From contig CAOKHI010000004.1 in NCBI GenBank assembly GCA_948468275.1, forward strand, positions 1 through 61,270: a stretch of 61,270 bases of DNA, written 5' to 3'. How positions within the stretch are numbered: position 1 is the stretch's first letter; the number at the start of each line of letters is the position of its first letter. Positions 56,681-61,270 of the stretch are shown in pieces. The translations under genes and the position numbers were made by a program. Under the pieces are notes generated by a model. That model saw only the letters and a list, made by a program, of their open reading frames with translations, had not been told where the DNA came from and searched no databases. The DNA is from an uncultured Clostridium sp. (GTDB lineage: Bacteria; Bacillota; Clostridia; TANB77; CAG-508).

Positions 56681-58312
56681 ATGATTTCAAATTTACATAT
56701 TAAAAATATAGGGATAATAGATGATATAAGTATAGATTTAAATTCAGGTTTTAATGTTTTAACAGGAGAAACAGGAGCAGGAAAAACTTTAATAATAGAT
56801 TCGCTAAATATTATTGCAGGAGGAAGATTCTCAAAAGAAATGATTCGTAAAGGTCAAGAGCACTCATTTGTTGAAGCTTGTATATATTTACCTGAAAATG
56901 AAAATTCTGTGGATGGAAATATTATTTTATCTAGAGAAATACACACAAATGGTAGAAATATGTGCAAAATAAATGGAAGATTAGTTACTGTTGGTGAATT
57001 AAGGCAATGTATGTTAGATATTATAGATATACATGGGCAACATGATAATCAAACAATATTAAATGCAAGTTCACATATAGAATATTTAGATAATTTTGCA
57101 GGGAAAGAATTGTTAGAATTAAAAAAAGAATATTTAGAATTTTATGAACAATATAATAAAATAAAATTTGAATTAAAAAATAATTATGGTGATGATAAAG
57201 AAAAAAAACGAAAATTAGATTTATTAAAATATGAAGAAAATGAGATAGAAACTGCAAAATTAAAAAAGAAAGAAGACGAAGAGTTAGAAAATCTAAGAAG
57301 TAAAATTATAAACTTTGAAAAGATTTCTCAGAATCTAGAAATAGCAGATAAACAAGTAAACGATAATGCGTTAGATGCAATAACATCAGCAATTAGAGCA
57401 TTAGAAAAAATAGAAGATTTAGATGAAAAATATGCAGAAAAATTAGATAACTTAAAAAGTGTATACTATGATTTACAAGAATTATCAAGAGATATTAGTT
57501 CTTTAAATGAATCAACAGAATTTGATGAAGAAGAAAGAATACAGGTAGAAAATAGATTAGACCTAATATTTTCTTTGAAAAGAAAATATGGAAATACTAT
57601 TGAAGAAATATTAAACTATAAAGAAGAAGTAACAAAACAGATATGTAAAATAGAAAATATGGAGGAATATATAAACAAATTAAAATTTGAACAAGAGCAT
57701 TTAGAAAAAAGGATGTTAGATATTTGCATTAATATGAATAGAGTAAGACAAGTAAGTGCAGATAAATTATCTAAAAAAATAGATGAGCAATTAGAGGAAT
57801 TAGAGATGAAAAATGCTAAAATTACAGTATTAGTAAAATTTAACCAAAATAATGAATTCAATGAAAATGGGTTAGATAAGGTAGAGTTCTTAATTAGAAC
57901 TAATATAGGAGAAGAAGAAAAACCATTAATAAAAATTGCTTCAGGTGGAGAAATGTCTAGAATAATGCTTGCTATAAAAAATGTACTAGCAAATGTAGAT
58001 AAAGTACCTGTTTTAGTATTTGATGAAATAGATACAGGAATAAGTGGAATAGCTGCAAATAAAGTAGCCCAAAAACTAAAACAAATATCTAAAAAACACC
58101 AAGTATTATGTGTAACGCATTTAGCTCCTATAGCTGCAAAAGGAGATTACAACTATTTTATAAGCAAAGATGTTATAAAAGAGCAAACCAAAACAAGTAT
58201 TAAATTATTACAAGAAGAAGAAATAATAAAAGAAATAGCAAGAATTGCAAGTGGAAATCAATCTCAAATAGCATTAGAACATGCACGAGAACTTAGAAAA
58301 AATCAAGAGTAA
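56681..58312 (+). CDS. recN: DNA repair protein RecN
   Basis: TGETGAGKT, ASGGEMSR, FDEIDTG, VTHL. Confidence 0.97.
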   Translation: MISNLHIKNIGIIDDISIDLNSGFNVLTGETGAGKTLIIDSLNIIAGGRFSKEMIRKGQEHSFVEACIYLPENENSVDGNIILSREIHTNGRNMCKINGRLVTVGELRQCMLDIIDIHGQHDNQTILNASSHIEYLDNFAGKELLELKKEYLEFYEQYNKIKFELKNNYGDDKEKKRKLDLLKYEENEIETAKLKKKEDEELENLRSKIINFEKISQNLEIADKQVNDNALDAITSAIRALEKIEDLDEKYAEKLDNLKSVYYDLQELSRDISSLNESTEFDEEERIQVENRLDLIFSLKRKYGNTIEEILNYKEEVTKQICKIENMEEYINKLKFEQEHLEKRMLDICINMNRVRQVSADKLSKKIDEQLEELEMKNAKITVLVKFNQNNEFNENGLDKVEFLIRTNIGEEEKPLIKIASGGEMSRIMLAIKNVLANVDKVPVLVFDEIDTGISGIAANKVAQKLKQISKKHQVLCVTHLAPIAAKGDYNYFISKDVIKEQTKTSIKLLQEEEIIKEIARIASGNQSQIALEHARELRKNQE

Positions 58313-58432
58313 TTTAATCTATTAATAAAACTCAAAAATTATACTAAAAAATATACTAATGCTTTAAACTTAGTAAGTAACAGTTCATAAGCTAAATAAC
58401 TAAAAAGGATTAACTTTAGTATAATACTAAAG

Positions 58433-58969
58433 TTAATCCTTTTTAGTTAATAATTCCATTACAATAGCATAAATCTCATTATAATTATTTTCCCATTTTT
58501 GAGATATTAGTTTAGCTTGTTCTCTTGAAGAAGCAGTAAGTTTTATACCAAAAATAGTCATATTATTTTCTACGAGGTTACATTTAACAGTAAAATTATC
58601 TTCATTTATAGGAGTAAAATCAGAAGTAGGATGAACTTCGTTTTGTACTTCATCAACTCTTACTTTTAAGGCAGTATCTATTTTTAATTTTAAAATACCA
58701 GGTAATAAATCATTAGTAAGTTCTAAAGTTTGTCTGCCTTTATCAGTTATTTTATACATTGTTTCTTCATCTTTAGTATAACCAATAATAAACTTATTTT
58801 CTAACAAATCTAATAAAAACTGTTGAAAATAAAAATAATTCATTTCTTGAACATATAGTACTAACTTTAAAAGATTATCACTAGTAATAGGTTTATTAAG
58901 ATTATCTAATATATACAAAATTAATACTTTATTTTCTGCTAAACTATCATTATTAGATGTTAATTTCAT
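58433..58969 (-). CDS. DUF4364-like protein
   Basis: ENKVLILYIL, MNYFYFQQ, YKITDKG. Confidence 0.75.
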   Translation of the reverse strand: MKLTSNNDSLAENKVLILYILDNLNKPITSDNLLKLVLYVQEMNYFYFQQFLLDLLENKFIIGYTKDEETMYKITDKGRQTLELTNDLLPGILKLKIDTALKVRVDEVQNEVHPTSDFTPINEDNFTVKCNLVENNMTIFGIKLTASSREQAKLISQKWENNYNEIYAIVMELLTKKD

Positions 58970-58983
58970 AGAATACCTCCTTA

Positions 58984-59565
58984 TTATAATACAATTTTAT
59001 CAATTTCGTTCCATACATTATCACAATATATTTTTTTTTCAGAAGAAAAGGGAAATATTGTACTAAAAGAAATTCCAAGTTCTTTTTTCATATCTTCAAC
59101 ATAAGATGCCACTTTAGTTGGTGCAATTTTATCTGCTTTATTTGCAAGCACCATAAAAGGTAAATTAGATTTCATAACATAATGATACATTAATTTATCA
59201 TTTTCACTAGGTTTATGCCTAATATCTATTAAAAATATAATTAAAGAAATAGATTCTCTTTTTACTAAATAATCTTGTGTAAATTTACCAACTTTTTGTT
59301 GTTCATCTTTAGACATTTTGCTATATCCATATCCAGGTAAATCTACAAAATAAAATGTATCATCAATATTATAAAAATTAATTTGTCTTGTTTTTCCTGG
59401 TTCGCTACTAGTACGAGCAAGACTTTTTCTATTAATCATAGTATTTACAAAAGAAGATTTACCAACATTAGATTTACCAACTAAAACAATTTCAGGTAAA
59501 CCATTAGTAGGATATTGTTTAGGACTAACAGCAGATATTTCAAATTTTGGATTTTTTACCTTCAT
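58984..59565 (-). CDS. engB: Ribosome biogenesis GTPase YsxC/EngB
   Basis: GKSNVGKSS, PGKT, DLPGYG, NKAD. Confidence 0.96.
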   Translation of the reverse strand: MKVKNPKFEISAVSPKQYPTNGLPEIVLVGKSNVGKSSFVNTMINRKSLARTSSEPGKTRQINFYNIDDTFYFVDLPGYGYSKMSKDEQQKVGKFTQDYLVKRESISLIIFLIDIRHKPSENDKLMYHYVMKSNLPFMVLANKADKIAPTKVASYVEDMKKELGISFSTIFPFSSEKKIYCDNVWNEIDKIVL

Positions 59566-59585
59566 AATATTTCCTTTCAAAACTA

Positions 59586-60869
59586 TTATTTTTTTACTAT
59601 TTTTTGCATACCACCCATATAACTTTGCAATACTTTTGGAATACTTATACTACCATCTTCATTATAGTTATTTTCAAGTAAAGCAATTAACATACGTGGA
59701 GGGGCAACAACTGTATTATTTAAAGTATGTGCAAAGTAATTTCCTTTTTCACCCTTTATACGAATACCTAAACGTCTACTTTGAGCATCAGTTAAATTTG
59801 AACAACTTCCAACTTCAAAATATTTTTGTTGACGAGGACTCCATGCTTCAACATCAACACTTTTAGCTTTTAAATCTGCTAAATCTCCACTACAACATTC
59901 AAGAGTACGAACAGGAATATCTAAGCTTCTAAAAAGTTCTACTGTATAAGACCACATTTTGTCATACCATGAATAACTATCTTTAGGTTCACAAACAACA
60001 ATCATTTCTTGCTTTTCGAATTGATGAATGCGGTAAATACCACGTTCTTCTATACCATGAGCACCTTTTTCTTTTCGAAAACAAGGAGAATAAGAAGTCA
60101 TAGTATAAGGTAAATTTGATTTTTGTAAAATTTGGTCTTTAAATTTACCAATCATAGAATGTTCGCTAGTTCCTATTAAATACAAATCTTCACCTTCAAT
60201 TTTGTACATCATAGCATCCATTTCTTCAAAACTCATAACACCTGTTACAACATCTGCTCTTATCATAAAAGGAGGAATACAATAAGTAAAACCTTTATCT
60301 ATCATAAAATCTCTTGCATAAGAAGTAACAGCAGAGTGCAATCTTGCAATATCACCTAAAAGATAATAAAATCCATTACCTGAAACACGACGAGCAGAAT
60401 CTAAATCTATACCAGAGAAACTTTCCATTATATCAGTATGGTAAGGTATTTCATAAGAAGGAACAACAGGTTCACCATATTTTTGAACTTCTACATTTTG
60501 AGAATCATCTTTACCAATAGGAACACTATCGTCTATAATATTAGGTATTTTCATCATGATTTGTTTAATTTTACAAGCATAATCATTTTCTAATTTTTCA
60601 TTTTCGACTAATGCATCATTTATAATACTAACTTTTTGTTTTAATTCATTTGCTTCTTCTTTATTACCATTTCGCATAAGTTCACCAATTTGGTTACTAA
60701 AAGAATTACGATTAGAACGAAGTTCATCACCTTTTTGCTTAATTTGCCTATTTTTTTCATCTAATTCTAAAACGTCATCAACTAAAGAAAGTTTATGGTC
60801 TTGAAATTTTTTCTTAATATTTTCCTTAACAATATCAGGATTTTCTCTTACAAACTTAATATCTAACAT
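59586..60869 (-). CDS. serS: Serine-tRNA ligase
   Basis: MLDIKFVR, GTSEH, FRKE, HQFEKQE, HTLNNT. Confidence 0.97.
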   Translation of the reverse strand: MLDIKFVRENPDIVKENIKKKFQDHKLSLVDDVLELDEKNRQIKQKGDELRSNRNSFSNQIGELMRNGNKEEANELKQKVSIINDALVENEKLENDYACKIKQIMMKIPNIIDDSVPIGKDDSQNVEVQKYGEPVVPSYEIPYHTDIMESFSGIDLDSARRVSGNGFYYLLGDIARLHSAVTSYARDFMIDKGFTYCIPPFMIRADVVTGVMSFEEMDAMMYKIEGEDLYLIGTSEHSMIGKFKDQILQKSNLPYTMTSYSPCFRKEKGAHGIEERGIYRIHQFEKQEMIVVCEPKDSYSWYDKMWSYTVELFRSLDIPVRTLECCSGDLADLKAKSVDVEAWSPRQQKYFEVGSCSNLTDAQSRRLGIRIKGEKGNYFAHTLNNTVVAPPRMLIALLENNYNEDGSISIPKVLQSYMGGMQKIVKK

Positions 60870-60924
60870 AAATAAACCTCCTATTCCACAAGGGAAATTT
60901 TTATATTTAAAGTAGCATCCAAAA

Positions 60925-61145
60925 AACAAAAAACGTCCTTATGAAAACATAAGGACGAATAAAACAATTCGCGGTGCCACCTTAATTACTATAAAAAATA
61001 GTATCTTAACAATGCGATAACCAGCATTACTCGGTTTAGTATTACTAAAAGCAATAAAAGTAGATTCCTAAAAAGCTCTAACCCACTCACACCAACCGCA
61101 GGTTCTCTATAAATAGAGCAATATTTAGTATAGTCTTTTATTAAT
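60925..61145 (-). promoter_or_regulatory. T-box riboswitch upstream of serS
   Basis: Minus strand AGAGA and GGTGTGA stem I motifs, GAA-UCU Ser specifier, AAGGTGGCACCGCG T-box, then terminator CGTCCTTA...TAAGGACG-T tract. Confidence 0.92.
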
Positions 61146-61270
61146 GCTTGTTATTAATATAATTATTTTAGCATGAAATTATGTAAAAAACAATGGTTAC
61201 AATAATTTTTTTATTAAAACCTTAATTATTATTTTAAAATCCACCTTTTTATTAAGTGGATTTTAGTTTT

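Overview
Very AT-rich chromosomal segment of a Clostridia-type Firmicute. Housekeeping genes (lexA, deoD, rimO, queA, tgt, gltX, rplU-rpmA, rpsB-tsf, PBP1A, cysS, ftsH, pflAB, rnhB, pdp, tlyA, recN, engB, serS) are interspersed with type IV pilin-like genes. Main result: nine reading-frame breaks in eight unrelated genes share one lesion, an in-frame CGG whose C is surplus and is followed by a Gly codon (C-GGA or C-GGT). Skipping that C restores full-length conserved proteins, including PflA and DeoD. My manual scan found no in-frame CGG in any uninterrupted gene. This points to codon-triggered +1 recoding (or four-base decoding) at CGG, though a sequencing artefact must be excluded. Also present: a 181-bp MITE family with 14-bp terminal inverted repeats and 8-bp target duplications, pilin/C-type-lectin-fold fusions (one with a DGR-like variable region), a dockerin-cohesin-ligase-sortase surface operon, two type I toxin-antitoxin-like loci, and an L27 gene lacking the usual Firmicute extension and prp. 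All calls come from reading the sequence; no searches were run.
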